Origin: Spirochaetia bacterium
GTDB lineage: Bacteria; Spirochaetota; Spirochaetia; UBA9216
Reading direction: 5' to 3'
Assembly (NCBI GenBank): GCA_963677925.2
Contig: CAXXYH010000004.1
Coordinates: 992,001 to 1,056,000 of the forward strand
Length of the DNA: 64,000 nucleotides
Shown here: one piece after another, positions 7,451-17,100 of the stretch
How the letters are laid out: each line of letters starts with the position of its first letter
Position numbering within the stretch: position 1 is the stretch's first letter
The notes under the pieces: model-generated
Told to the model about the DNA's origin: nothing
The model's input: only the letters and a program-made list of their open reading frames with translations
The model's database searches: none
Made by a program: the position numbers and the translations under genes

Positions 7451-9010
7451 TTAATCTGTTCGGTTAGAGTTGCCGCTGCTGCCTCTAACCGCTTTTTTTA
7501 TCCTGTCATTCACAGCGTGTCCTGCGCCGGTCTCCGGCACGAGGTAGGCTATTATTCTTTTCAAATTTCTGCTATCCAGCCGGCGCATAGCTGCGTAAAG
7601 GTTAATTGCCGCTTCTTCGGTGTCTGCCGATGTGCTCAGTATTTCTACCGGTCCTGTGCTTCTGATGTCCTCCGGTTTGAACAGCAGGAGGCCGGTCTCC
7701 GGATCTTCATTATCTGATGGCTGTGCGGCTGAGAGGAACATCGGGGTCACAGGTGAATAGTGGCTTTCAAGCATTCCCGGAGCCTCGGGATGGTCTATTA
7801 CAGTCTTTTCCGGAATGGAAACCGGTCCTATAACCGCTTCTATCTGATCTTTTGATATTCCGCCGGGTCTTAAAAGAAGCGGTCTTTCATGTGCAAGCGA
7901 GATCACTGTTGACTCAACGCCGACTCTCGACGCGCCCCCGTCTATTATTCCGTAACCCTCAGTTCCAAGCTGTTCTATTACATGGAAAGCTGTTGTAGGG
8001 CTTGTTCTTCCAAAGGCGTTGGCGCTTGGTGCGGCAACGGGGGTATCAGCCAGTCTTATCAGTTCCAGCGCCAGAGGGTGTGACGGCATACGGACTGCGA
8101 CAGTGCTGTTGCCGCCGGTAACAATATCAGGAACCCCTGCTTTCTTGTTGAAGACTATTGTAAGTGGACCCGGCCAGAATGCATCCATCAGCTTTCCGGC
8201 AGATTCCGGAATATCATCTGTAAGCCTCTCAATCATCTTTCTGTCCGGAATATGTGCTATCAGGGGATTGAACAGAGGTCTTCCTTTAAGTCTGAATATA
8301 TTTTCTACGGCGGCAGGGTTGAAAACGTCAGCTCCCAGACCGTATACAGTTTCTGTTGGAAAGGCTACAAGCCCGCCCTGCCGGATTATTTCTGCCCCGT
8401 CGGAGATGCTGCAGAAGTTTGCTTTTCCCGGCAGGCTTTCCTGCATAATAAAACGTGCGGCATCGGTCAGAGTGTGAAAGACGCTGATTTCACTTCCCAG
8501 TTCATCAAGATGTTTTGCACCGTGTCCGGTGAGCAGGTAGATACCCTTTGCTCCGCAGGCAAAGGCGGTCTCTACATCGGATGGGTGGTCGCCAAGCATC
8601 CAGGAGTGTTTCAGATTGATGCCGAAATCTTCTGATGCTTTCAGTAAAAAGTACGGCTTTGGTTTACGGCATTCACAGTCGTCTTCTTTGTTATGAATGC
8701 ATACATACCATTCGCGTATGTATATTCCGGCTTCTCTCAGAATGAGATCAAGCCGGCTGTTAACGGCTCTTACTTCAGCTTCGGTTGTAAGTCCTTTTGC
8801 AACTCCGCTCTGGTTTGTTACGACAAAGAGTTCGTGATCTTTCTGCAGCTTCCTAAGCGAGTCGATACAGTCATCAAACAGGCGTATTTTTTCTGGATCC
8901 TTCAGGTATCCTACATCGTGGATGATTGTTCCGTCCCGGTCCAGAAAAACGGCCTGTGATTTTATCGTCTCGTGCAATTTCAAATTCCTGTTACTAAGTA
9001 TCTTAAGCAT
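7451..9010 (-). CDS. tsaC: Fusion of a HAD-IIIA GmhB/HisB-like phosphatase and threonylcarbamoyl-AMP synthase (TsaC/Sua5)
   Basis: N-terminal FLDRDGT, VVTNQSG, CECRKPKP, GD. C-terminal VAFPTETVYGLGA, KGRP..NPLI, FWPGPLT, AAPSAN, PGML.SHYSP. Exact start uncertain. Confidence 0.88.
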   Translation of the reverse strand: MLKILSNRNLKLHETIKSQAVFLDRDGTIIHDVGYLKDPEKIRLFDDCIDSLRKLQKDHELFVVTNQSGVAKGLTTEAEVRAVNSRLDLILREAGIYIREWYVCIHNKEDDCECRKPKPYFLLKASEDFGINLKHSWMLGDHPSDVETAFACGAKGIYLLTGHGAKHLDELGSEISVFHTLTDAARFIMQESLPGKANFCSISDGAEIIRQGGLVAFPTETVYGLGADVFNPAAVENIFRLKGRPLFNPLIAHIPDRKMIERLTDDIPESAGKLMDAFWPGPLTIVFNKKAGVPDIVTGGNSTVAVRMPSHPLALELIRLADTPVAAPSANAFGRTSPTTAFHVIEQLGTEGYGIIDGGASRVGVESTVISLAHERPLLLRPGGISKDQIEAVIGPVSIPEKTVIDHPEAPGMLESHYSPVTPMFLSAAQPSDNEDPETGLLLFKPEDIRSTGPVEILSTSADTEEAAINLYAAMRRLDSRNLKRIIAYLVPETGAGHAVNDRIKKAVRGSSGNSNRTD

Positions 9011-9111
9011 TATAATATATATTTGCTGGCTATGATCAATACCGGGCCGGTCTGATATAATCCCTTATTACGGCTATTCACTCATAATCCATACTCTGAT
9101 ATTATAGAGCG

Positions 9112-10152
9112 ATGATGGATATTAATACAAACCTCAGGGTCTGCCTCGCTGGATGCGGAATCAATGCCGGTCTGCTGGCCTCTCAGTTTAATTATAATGA
9201 TGATGCGGAACTCACTGCATGTTATGATTCCGATTATGATCGGGCGGCCGGTCTGGCTGAAAGAAATGGAATACATAAAATTTATGATAATTTTAACAGT
9301 ATGCTGGAGGAAGAAACTCCTGATGCGGTTATCATGAATGTCCCTGTAAATGAAAGGACTGAAATCCTTCTTGATGTAATAGGACGGGGTATCAGCTTTA
9401 TCAGTACCGCACCTCTTGCCGCAAGTTATCCGGAGGCGGTTGAGATTGCGAAGGCAGCATCTGAACAGGGTGTCACTGCGATGGTTTATTTCGGAAGATC
9501 GGATATTCCTGCAGTTGCTTCAGCTATCGATTATGTTGCTTCGGGCAAGATTGGGAAGGTGCGGCATTTTGAAGCATCTAACCTTGAAAGCTGGATGGTT
9601 TCCGGAAGTGCCGATCAGTGGGATGAGGATAACCCGCTTATACAGCGGCTTGCGGCCGGAGGAGTTTTAGAGGAATCGGGATCGCAGCTTTACTACCTTG
9701 CCGACCGGTTCTGCGGGGATTTTGCAGATGTTTCTACTATTATAGGGAGTTTTATCAACTTTGAAGAAGGCGGATTCGATCCTAATTCCGGAGATTCATT
9801 CGCAAGCAATATAACCTTTAAAAACGGCGGTATAGGCATTGTTCATGCCAGCCGTGCTGCAGGCGGGACTGATGAGCTGTTTCGTATTTCTGTATACGGA
9901 GATAACGGGATGGTGTCGGTAGTACCGGATTCAGATGAAACCGGATTTCTTTATACGACAGCGGACGGTTCCAGTACCAGTGAGATAAATAATCCGCCGG
10001 CAGAGAGGGTTATCGACCGTTTTATATCTGCATGCCGTGGTGAAGCGCTTCCGTTCCCGGACCTCGAATATGCTCTTAAGATTCAGTATTATCTGGAGCA
10101 GAGCAGATTTTCTGATGAAGGCGGAATCAGGATGCCATTGGATCAGGCTTAA
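9112..10152 (+). CDS. Gfo/Idh/MocA family oxidoreductase-like protein (degenerate motifs)
   Basis: Rossmann-like AGCG start, IYDNF..ML...PDAV, SGKIG.V, GGVL; the canonical EKP motif is replaced. Confidence 0.75.
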   Translation: MMDINTNLRVCLAGCGINAGLLASQFNYNDDAELTACYDSDYDRAAGLAERNGIHKIYDNFNSMLEEETPDAVIMNVPVNERTEILLDVIGRGISFISTAPLAASYPEAVEIAKAASEQGVTAMVYFGRSDIPAVASAIDYVASGKIGKVRHFEASNLESWMVSGSADQWDEDNPLIQRLAAGGVLEESGSQLYYLADRFCGDFADVSTIIGSFINFEEGGFDPNSGDSFASNITFKNGGIGIVHASRAAGGTDELFRISVYGDNGMVSVVPDSDETGFLYTTADGSSTSEINNPPAERVIDRFISACRGEALPFPDLEYALKIQYYLEQSRFSDEGGIRMPLDQA

Positions 10153-10212
10153 AACTATCAGTAATACACACGGCCGCCCCGGCGGAGCTCCCGGGACTCA
10201 AACTCAGAGTTT

Positions 10213-10947
10213 TCAGGGACTCTGATCTCCTGTGTAGTCTGAGAAGGTTGACGTTGTGTCAAACCTTTTCTTCATTACTATCAGATTCATGGTTCCTCTG
10301 AATATAAACTTGTCTGCATACCATTTCCCGGATTCTTCCAGCGTGTAGTCAATCCGGATTATTACATTTTCTGTAAACGGGTATTCCGGTGTCAGTGTGT
10401 ATTCCAGGCTGACCGCCGCTCCGTTTGCGGGATTAAGCCAGGCCTTCCCTACAGCTGTATATTTATCATTCAGCAGAAATTCAAACGCCCACACAGAGCA
10501 AAGCTGTCCATTCCTGTATTCTTTATTTCCCGAATCGATTGCTGTTATGCTGTTCTGGAAATCCGGATCGAGGGGGCTTTTGTTGAATTCCTCACCGTCA
10601 CCGCCGCTCCGGCGGTTTCTGCTGGCTCCGGATACCTCTATTTCCTCTTTTTTCTTTTCAGTGATATCAACTCCGTTTTCGATAGCTTTTATCAGCTCTG
10701 TCTCGGGCTGACCTTCAAGGTCATAGCTGAGCATGTAATATTGCGTTTCATCCTTTTCCAGCTTGTCTTTTCTATCGAAGGTTTTCGACTGAACGTGCAT
10801 TGTGCCGGGTCTGAGCCCTTCGTTGGCGGCAAAGTATTCTACGGCTCTTGTCCATAGCGAGTTGCCGGTATTCTCTTGAGCGGAGATGGGAAGTGAAATA
10901 ATAGAAAATAGCAGAATAAGTAATGCCGGTGATATTTTAATTCTCAT
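10213..10947 (-). CDS. Exported hypothetical protein
   Basis: Signal peptide (MRIKISPALLILLFSIISLPISA); beta-rich mature region. Confidence 0.75.
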   Translation of the reverse strand: MRIKISPALLILLFSIISLPISAQENTGNSLWTRAVEYFAANEGLRPGTMHVQSKTFDRKDKLEKDETQYYMLSYDLEGQPETELIKAIENGVDITEKKKEEIEVSGASRNRRSGGDGEEFNKSPLDPDFQNSITAIDSGNKEYRNGQLCSVWAFEFLLNDKYTAVGKAWLNPANGAAVSLEYTLTPEYPFTENVIIRIDYTLEESGKWYADKFIFRGTMNLIVMKKRFDTTSTFSDYTGDQSP

Positions 10948-11110
10948 ATTATGTCAGTATACTACTAATACTGCAGGTTTTCCCTTTTGTATTTGTTAAA
11001 AAATGTAACATGCTGCAATGAACTTTATTTTTTTTAAATATACTCCTAAAGAGGTATTCTACACTAAAATGATAGGCAATATAGTTAGATCCATGTTTAG
11101 AGTTTGTCTG

Positions 11111-12124
11111 ATGAGGAAAGCCATTCTGCTTACTGCGTTTTTGTTTATATCCTCTATATACCTGCTCTCTGCTGATGGATTGTCTGCTGAAGAATCCGGT
11201 GTAAATGACGAACTGACCTATGCTGATCTTCTTGTAAACAGTCTGCTGCCGGGTTACTGGCAGCTGAAAACCGGTGATGCTGCTGAAGGCGTGCTGTATA
11301 TGACGTCTCTTCCGCTGACCGGCCTGGGTTTTTACTTTCTGATTGATTACTTTTTTGATGCTGGAGATTTTCAGCAGAATTATACGGATGGTGAGCGGAC
11401 CTATCTTCTGTACTCTGAAAACTGGCAGAACGGAGATAATAGATGGAAGCTGTATGCGGGAGTTCTTTTTTCGGCTGCTGGATCTTTTCTTTCTGCTTAC
11501 AGTAATTATACAGCTGAGGAAGATTTTTACATTCAGCACAACGATGGATATGCAGACATGTATGGTGAAACTCTGACGGCTTTGGAGCTTCTTGCGGCTC
11601 CCTGGCGGCCTGAAAATATTTTAAATTTTGATTTTTTTCCTGCTTACCCGATGTTTGCCCTGTCTGGAGTTGCTGTTGATGAATGGTCTTCGGCAGGAAG
11701 TTTCTTTAGAAGGGATACGGTGCCATTTATGGGTGCTGATATGCATCCTGCGGCCGCAGCATCGCTGGCTCTTCTTTCTTCGGTTCTGCTTGCCAATTTT
11801 TCAACTGTTACCGAAGAAGTCGTTTTTCGCGGACATCTTCTCAGACAGAGCGGTGTACATTTCAGTTCTCTTTATTTCGGTGCTGCACACCTGCCCAATA
11901 TGCTTATGCCCGATACATCGGTTGAGGATACGCTTGTTCAGACTGCCTTTGCCGCCCTGTTCGGTTATTACGCGTCAGTTAAAACTGCTGAAAACGGTTA
12001 TGATTTCAGAAGGATGATTGCTCTTCACTTCTGGCATAATGTTACAGCAATGACACTTGGATATATAGTTGATCCCGAAAGTCCCTTTCTTTTTACAATT
12101 GGGGGCAATTTATCATTAAATTAA
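11111..12124 (+). CDS. CPBP (CAAX/Abi) family intramembrane metalloprotease
   Basis: EEVVFRG, FGAAH and HFWHN motifs; signal peptide from MRKAILL. Start uncertain (11018, 11093 or 11111). Confidence 0.8.
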   Translation: MRKAILLTAFLFISSIYLLSADGLSAEESGVNDELTYADLLVNSLLPGYWQLKTGDAAEGVLYMTSLPLTGLGFYFLIDYFFDAGDFQQNYTDGERTYLLYSENWQNGDNRWKLYAGVLFSAAGSFLSAYSNYTAEEDFYIQHNDGYADMYGETLTALELLAAPWRPENILNFDFFPAYPMFALSGVAVDEWSSAGSFFRRDTVPFMGADMHPAAAASLALLSSVLLANFSTVTEEVVFRGHLLRQSGVHFSSLYFGAAHLPNMLMPDTSVEDTLVQTAFAALFGYYASVKTAENGYDFRRMIALHFWHNVTAMTLGYIVDPESPFLFTIGGNLSLN

Positions 12125-12136
12125 AGGAGTATGCGT

Positions 12137-12559
12137 ATGCCTCTGTGTGAAGTAGTTGTGCCGAAGGAATTTCTTGATGAAGTCTCAAAGCAGAGAATTG
12201 CTGAAAGGATGACGGTAATTCAGCTCAAAGCAGAGAATTTTCCTGATAATGAGGCATCTAGAAATCTCTGCTATCTGAGTTTTTATGAGCCGATTGGGGG
12301 GATTTATACCGGCGGGAAGCCTGCTGATATCGGAAAAATTGTGGTTAAGATATATATACTCAATGAATCACTATCAAAGGAAGATAAATCGGAAATTTAT
12401 CATGAGGTAATGCAGGTTATGACTCAGGAGCTTGGGGCGGCTGCAACAATGGGAGGCCAGAATGTCTGGTGTATGATTATCCCGGTCGGGGATGATTATA
12501 TCTCGTTTGCGGGTAAACCGGTAAATATTCAGCTTGTAAGAGAATTGATAGGAAAATAA
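12137..12559 (+). CDS. Tautomerase superfamily (4-OT/MSAD-like) protein
   Basis: AAGGAG RBS 7 nt before ATG 12137 gives N-terminal Pro (MPLCEV); two beta-alpha-beta units; ends in GK-type tail. Confidence 0.7.
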   Translation: MPLCEVVVPKEFLDEVSKQRIAERMTVIQLKAENFPDNEASRNLCYLSFYEPIGGIYTGGKPADIGKIVVKIYILNESLSKEDKSEIYHEVMQVMTQELGAAATMGGQNVWCMIIPVGDDYISFAGKPVNIQLVRELIGK

Positions 12560-12715
12560 TTTTTCTAATTCCTGTTTTGCTGAGATGGTTCTTTTTCCTT
12601 CCGGCGCATTTAAATAAGAAGCCCTGCTTCAGGTAATCACTCCAAAAGCAGGGCTAAAATAGGGTAAAGCAATTTATAGAAACCGGCTGCTGGCGGTAAC
12701 CTGTTCCGGGTTTCT

Positions 12716-14140
12716 TTAATTCAAATAGTCATTCATTGAATCCGCTGCTTCCATTCCTGCGTTAAGCGCTCTTACAACAAGAGATGCTCCTGATGCTGCA
12801 TCTCCTGCGGCAAATACACCTGGAACTGATGTTGAATAAGATGAGTCAATTTTGATGTTTCCTCTTGCATCAAGTTCCGGATCAAGCGATTTAAGAAGCT
12901 CTCCGCCATCAGCGTGAACAAAGCCTGCTGCAATAAGTACCAGCTCGATATCAAGTTCAGTTTCAGAGCCGGGAACCTCTTTCATTACGGTTTTTCCGGT
13001 GTGCGGATTTGTCTTCCATTCAACCTGTGAAAGGTAGGCCTTTTCTACCTTGACACCTCTTCCTGAGAAGTAGGATGTCATGACACTCCATTCTCTTTCG
13101 CATCCTTCAAGGTGTGAACTTGAGGTTCGGAGTATATTGGGCCAGTCAGGCCACTGCGGATTTCTCTTTTCCTTCCAGTCGAGTGGTTTCGGCATTATCT
13201 CAATCTGTCTTACAGACTTTGCACCCTGCCGGATTGCGGTTCCGACACAGTCTGAGCCGGTGTCGCCTCCGCCTACTACCAGTACATTCTTGTCTTTTGC
13301 TGAAATAAGCTTCTCGAATGGGATATCTCCGTGGCAGTATTTGTTGGAAAGGGTCAGATATTCCATGGCAAAGTGAATACCCTCGAGGCCGCGACCTCCG
13401 GCAGGTATGTCCCTGGGTTTTCCGGCGCCTATGGCAATAAGTACTGCATCGAATGAGCGTCTAAGATAGTCAGCTGAAATGTCTTCGCCTATTGATACGT
13501 TTGTCTCAAACCGAATCCCTTCAGCTTCCATTATCTGAAGCCTCCGGTCGATTATTCTTTTTTCAAGTTTGAACTCCGGTATGCCGTAGCGCATCAGGCC
13601 TCCGATTCTGTCGGATTTTTCAAATACGGTAACGGAATGTCCGTATTTTCTGAGTCTTGACGCGGCAGCAAGTCCTGCAGGGCCGGAGCCGATTACTGCG
13701 ACCCGTTTTCCTGTTTCTACTTCCGGCGGATTCGGTTTTACCCATCCTTCCTCGAAAGCCCGCTCGATTATTGCAAGTTCAAGTTCCTGGATCGCTACAG
13801 GCGCATCGTTAATTGCTACTGTGCATGATTTTTCACAGGGCGCGGGGCATATTCTTCCGGTAATCTCTGAAAAGGGTGACGTAAGGGCCAGTCTGTTGTA
13901 TGCTTCTTTCCAGTGACCCTTGAAAACCAGATCATTCCATTCGGGAATCAGGTTTGAAATCGGGCATCCAAGTGCGTGGCAGAAAGGGATTCCGCAGTCC
14001 ATACATCTGGCGCCCTGACCTTCAAGCTCTGAATAGGAGGGTCGTATGGTAAACTCCCGGTAGTGTTTGATTCTGTCTTCTACCGGCTGATATTTCTTTT
14101 CGATTCTGTTTATTTCGATAAATCCTCGTTCGCTTCCCAT
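12716..14140 (-). CDS. gltD: Glutamate synthase small subunit
   Basis: ARCMDCGIPFC, GCP, CPAPCE, GSGPAG, GGGDTGSDC. Confidence 0.97.
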   Translation of the reverse strand: MGSERGFIEINRIEKKYQPVEDRIKHYREFTIRPSYSELEGQGARCMDCGIPFCHALGCPISNLIPEWNDLVFKGHWKEAYNRLALTSPFSEITGRICPAPCEKSCTVAINDAPVAIQELELAIIERAFEEGWVKPNPPEVETGKRVAVIGSGPAGLAAASRLRKYGHSVTVFEKSDRIGGLMRYGIPEFKLEKRIIDRRLQIMEAEGIRFETNVSIGEDISADYLRRSFDAVLIAIGAGKPRDIPAGGRGLEGIHFAMEYLTLSNKYCHGDIPFEKLISAKDKNVLVVGGGDTGSDCVGTAIRQGAKSVRQIEIMPKPLDWKEKRNPQWPDWPNILRTSSSHLEGCEREWSVMTSYFSGRGVKVEKAYLSQVEWKTNPHTGKTVMKEVPGSETELDIELVLIAAGFVHADGGELLKSLDPELDARGNIKIDSSYSTSVPGVFAAGDAASGASLVVRALNAGMEAADSMNDYLN

Positions 14141-17100
14141 TATTTGTTCCTCCCTATAGGCATAACTCTTACGAAGGCCGGCGCCATTTCGGTCCAGTCC
14201 TTCAGAATACCTGCTGCATATTCGCTGCCTGTAAGTTCAATGTGCTTTTCAATAAGGCTCTTAAGCCCGTTAAGTTCAAAGGCGTCTGAGATAGGTTCAA
14301 CATTGACCATCTCGAGATTGCACTTGGTGTCAAAGAGCTGGTCTTCATCGAGTACGTAAGCTACACCGCCGCTCATACCTGCTGCGAAGTTGAGTCCTAC
14401 CTTTCCAAGTATTACAACTTTGCCTCCGGTCATGTATTCGCATGCATGATCACCTACGCCTTCAACCACTGCGGTGGCGCCGCTGTTTCGTACGCAGAAG
14501 CGTTCACCTGCCATTCCGCTGATGAATACTTCACCGCTGGTTGCTCCAAACATGCTGACGTTTCCGATGATGATGTTGTTCTGCGACCTGAAGCTTGATT
14601 TTTCAGGGGGGGATATCACAATCTGTCCTCCGGAAAGCCCCTTTCCGAGATAGTCGTTTGCTGTCCCGGAGAGGCTGAACTTGATACCCTGTGCCAGGAA
14701 GGCTCCGAAGCTCTGGCCTGCATGTCCTGTGAAGCGGCAGTTGATTGACCCTTCCGGAAGTCCTGTGTGGCTGTGTTTCTCAGAGACCTTGTAACTTAGG
14801 GTTGCACCAACGCTGCGGTCTGTATTCTGTATTTTGAGATCCATTTCAACAGGAGTTCCGGGTTTGGCGATAACGCCTGCGGCTTTTTTGAGGATCTTAT
14901 TGTCAAGGTGGCTGCTCAGATCCATTACAGACGGCTCTGTGCAGTAGTATTCTTCATGGCTTGCAGCCTCGGGTTTTGCAAGTATTCCCGAGAGGTCTAT
15001 TCCCTGCTGTTTCCATGTCTCAATGGCGTCGTTCATCTCAAGGATTTCAGTCCGTCCTACCATTTCGTCGATGGTTCTGAAACCGAGCTCTGCCATTATT
15101 TCCCTTGTCTCTCTTGCTACGTAGGTCATGTAGTTGATGAGGTGTTCGGGTTTTCCTGCGAACCTTTTTCTGAGTTCGGGATCCTGTGTCGCAACACCGA
15201 CGGGACAGGTGTTCTTGTGACATTTTCTCATCATTACGCAGCCCATGGAGACAAGTGATACTGTTCCGAACCCGAACTCCTCAGCGCCGAGCAGCGCGGC
15301 AATTACAATGTCGCGACCTGTCCGCATCTGACCGTCCGTCTGCAGTCTTACATTCTTTCTAAGTCCGTTAAGAACAAGTGTCTGCTGGGTTTCTGCAAGA
15401 CCGAGCTCCCAGGGCATTCCTGCGTATTTAATGGATGAAATCGGTGATGCTCCGGTTCCTCCGTCTCCGCCGCTTATCAGAATCATTCCGGCCTTGCCCT
15501 TGGCAACACCGGCTGCGATTGTTCCTACGCCTGCCTCTGATACTAGCTTTACTGAAACTCTTGCAGTCGGATTTCCGCATTTGAGGTCGTAGATAAGCTG
15601 AGCAAGATCCTCGATTGAGTAGATGTCATGGTGCGGAGGCGGTGATATGAGCACGGTTCCGGGTTCTGCGTATCTTATGCTTCCGATGAAGTTGTCGACC
15701 TTGTGTCCCGGGAGCTGTCCGCCTTCGCCGGGTTTTGCTCCCTGGGCAATTTTGATCTGCAGCTCCTGTGCATGTGCTAGATAGTTGCTTGTTACGCCGA
15801 ATCGGGCGGATGCAATCTGTTTAACCTTGCTGTTGAGTGAATCACCGTTTTCAAGCGGTGTATATCTTTCGATGTTCTCGCCGCCCTCTCCGGAGTTTGA
15901 CATTCCTCCGAGGCGGTTCATTGCTATTGCGATTGTTTCATGGGCTTCCCGGCTTATTGAGCCGAGAGACATAGCCGAGGAGACAAAGCGTTTAACGATT
16001 TCTTCTTCAGGCTCAACCTCTTCAAGAGGTATCGGTGTCTGTGTTTTGAATTTAAACAGGCTTCTGAGTGTACAGAGCTTTTCCGAGAAGTTGTTTATCT
16101 CGGCAGAGAACTGCTTGTATATTCCATAGTCGCCGTTTCTGATTGCCTTGTGCATCAGAGTCACTGCCTGAGGTGTCATCAGGTGCTTGATCGATTTTTT
16201 GCGGTAGTGAAGCTTTCCGCCGGCATCAAGCTCGGTTGTCTTGTTCAGCTGTACCTGTGAGTATGCAGAGCTGTGTCTCTTGTCTGAGGATTCTGCAATA
16301 CTTTCAAGGCCTATACCGCCTATTCTTGAAGCCGTTCCGCTGAAGAACCGGTCGATGAACTCCCTGTTCAGGCCGACTGATTCAAACAGCTGTGAGCCTC
16401 TGTAGCTTCGCAGGGTGGATACTCCCATCTTTGACATAATCTTCATAATACCGGCCTTGCATGCCGCAATGTAATTTTCGGCCGCAATTTCGAGCTTCAT
16501 GGATTCGGGGAGATTTCCGGAAGTCTGTAGTCCGCTTAAACTCTGGAATACAAGGTAGGGGTTGATGGCGCTTGCGCCGTATCCGAGAAGAAGTGCCATG
16601 TGCATTACATCGCGGGCTTCTCCGGTTTCGATGAAAAGGCCGGCATTCTGTCTGACCTTGTTCTCTACGAGGGCGTGGTGCACTGCCGATATTGCCAGTA
16701 ATGCCGGAACCGGGACGCTGTACTGGCTTACATTTTTGTCGGACAGAATTATAAAGGTAGCACCCTCCGATATCTTTTCAACTGCTTCGGCACTCATTCG
16801 ATCGAGTGCTTTCTTAAGTCCCTCTTCGCCGGTTCCGGCTTCGTAGAGGGAGTCTATTACGGCAGATTTCATATCTTCGTGATCAAGGGTCTTGATTTTC
16901 TGCATATCGTTATTGGAAAGAATCGGATGCTGCAGTTTAAGCTGTCTGCAGTGTTCCGGAGTTTCTGAAAGCAGGTTGCCTTCTTTTCCGATGAAACTCA
17001 TAAGACTCATAACAAGTTTTTCACGGTAGGGATCAATCGGCGGATTGGTTACCTGTGCAAAAAGCTGTTTGAAATAATCGTACATAAGTGCGGGTCTTGC

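Noticed and set aside
10949-11539. 196-aa minus-strand ORF, representative of the many antisense and overlapping ORFs in the track
   Set aside because: Shadow frames of well-supported genes, with no motifs or RBS.
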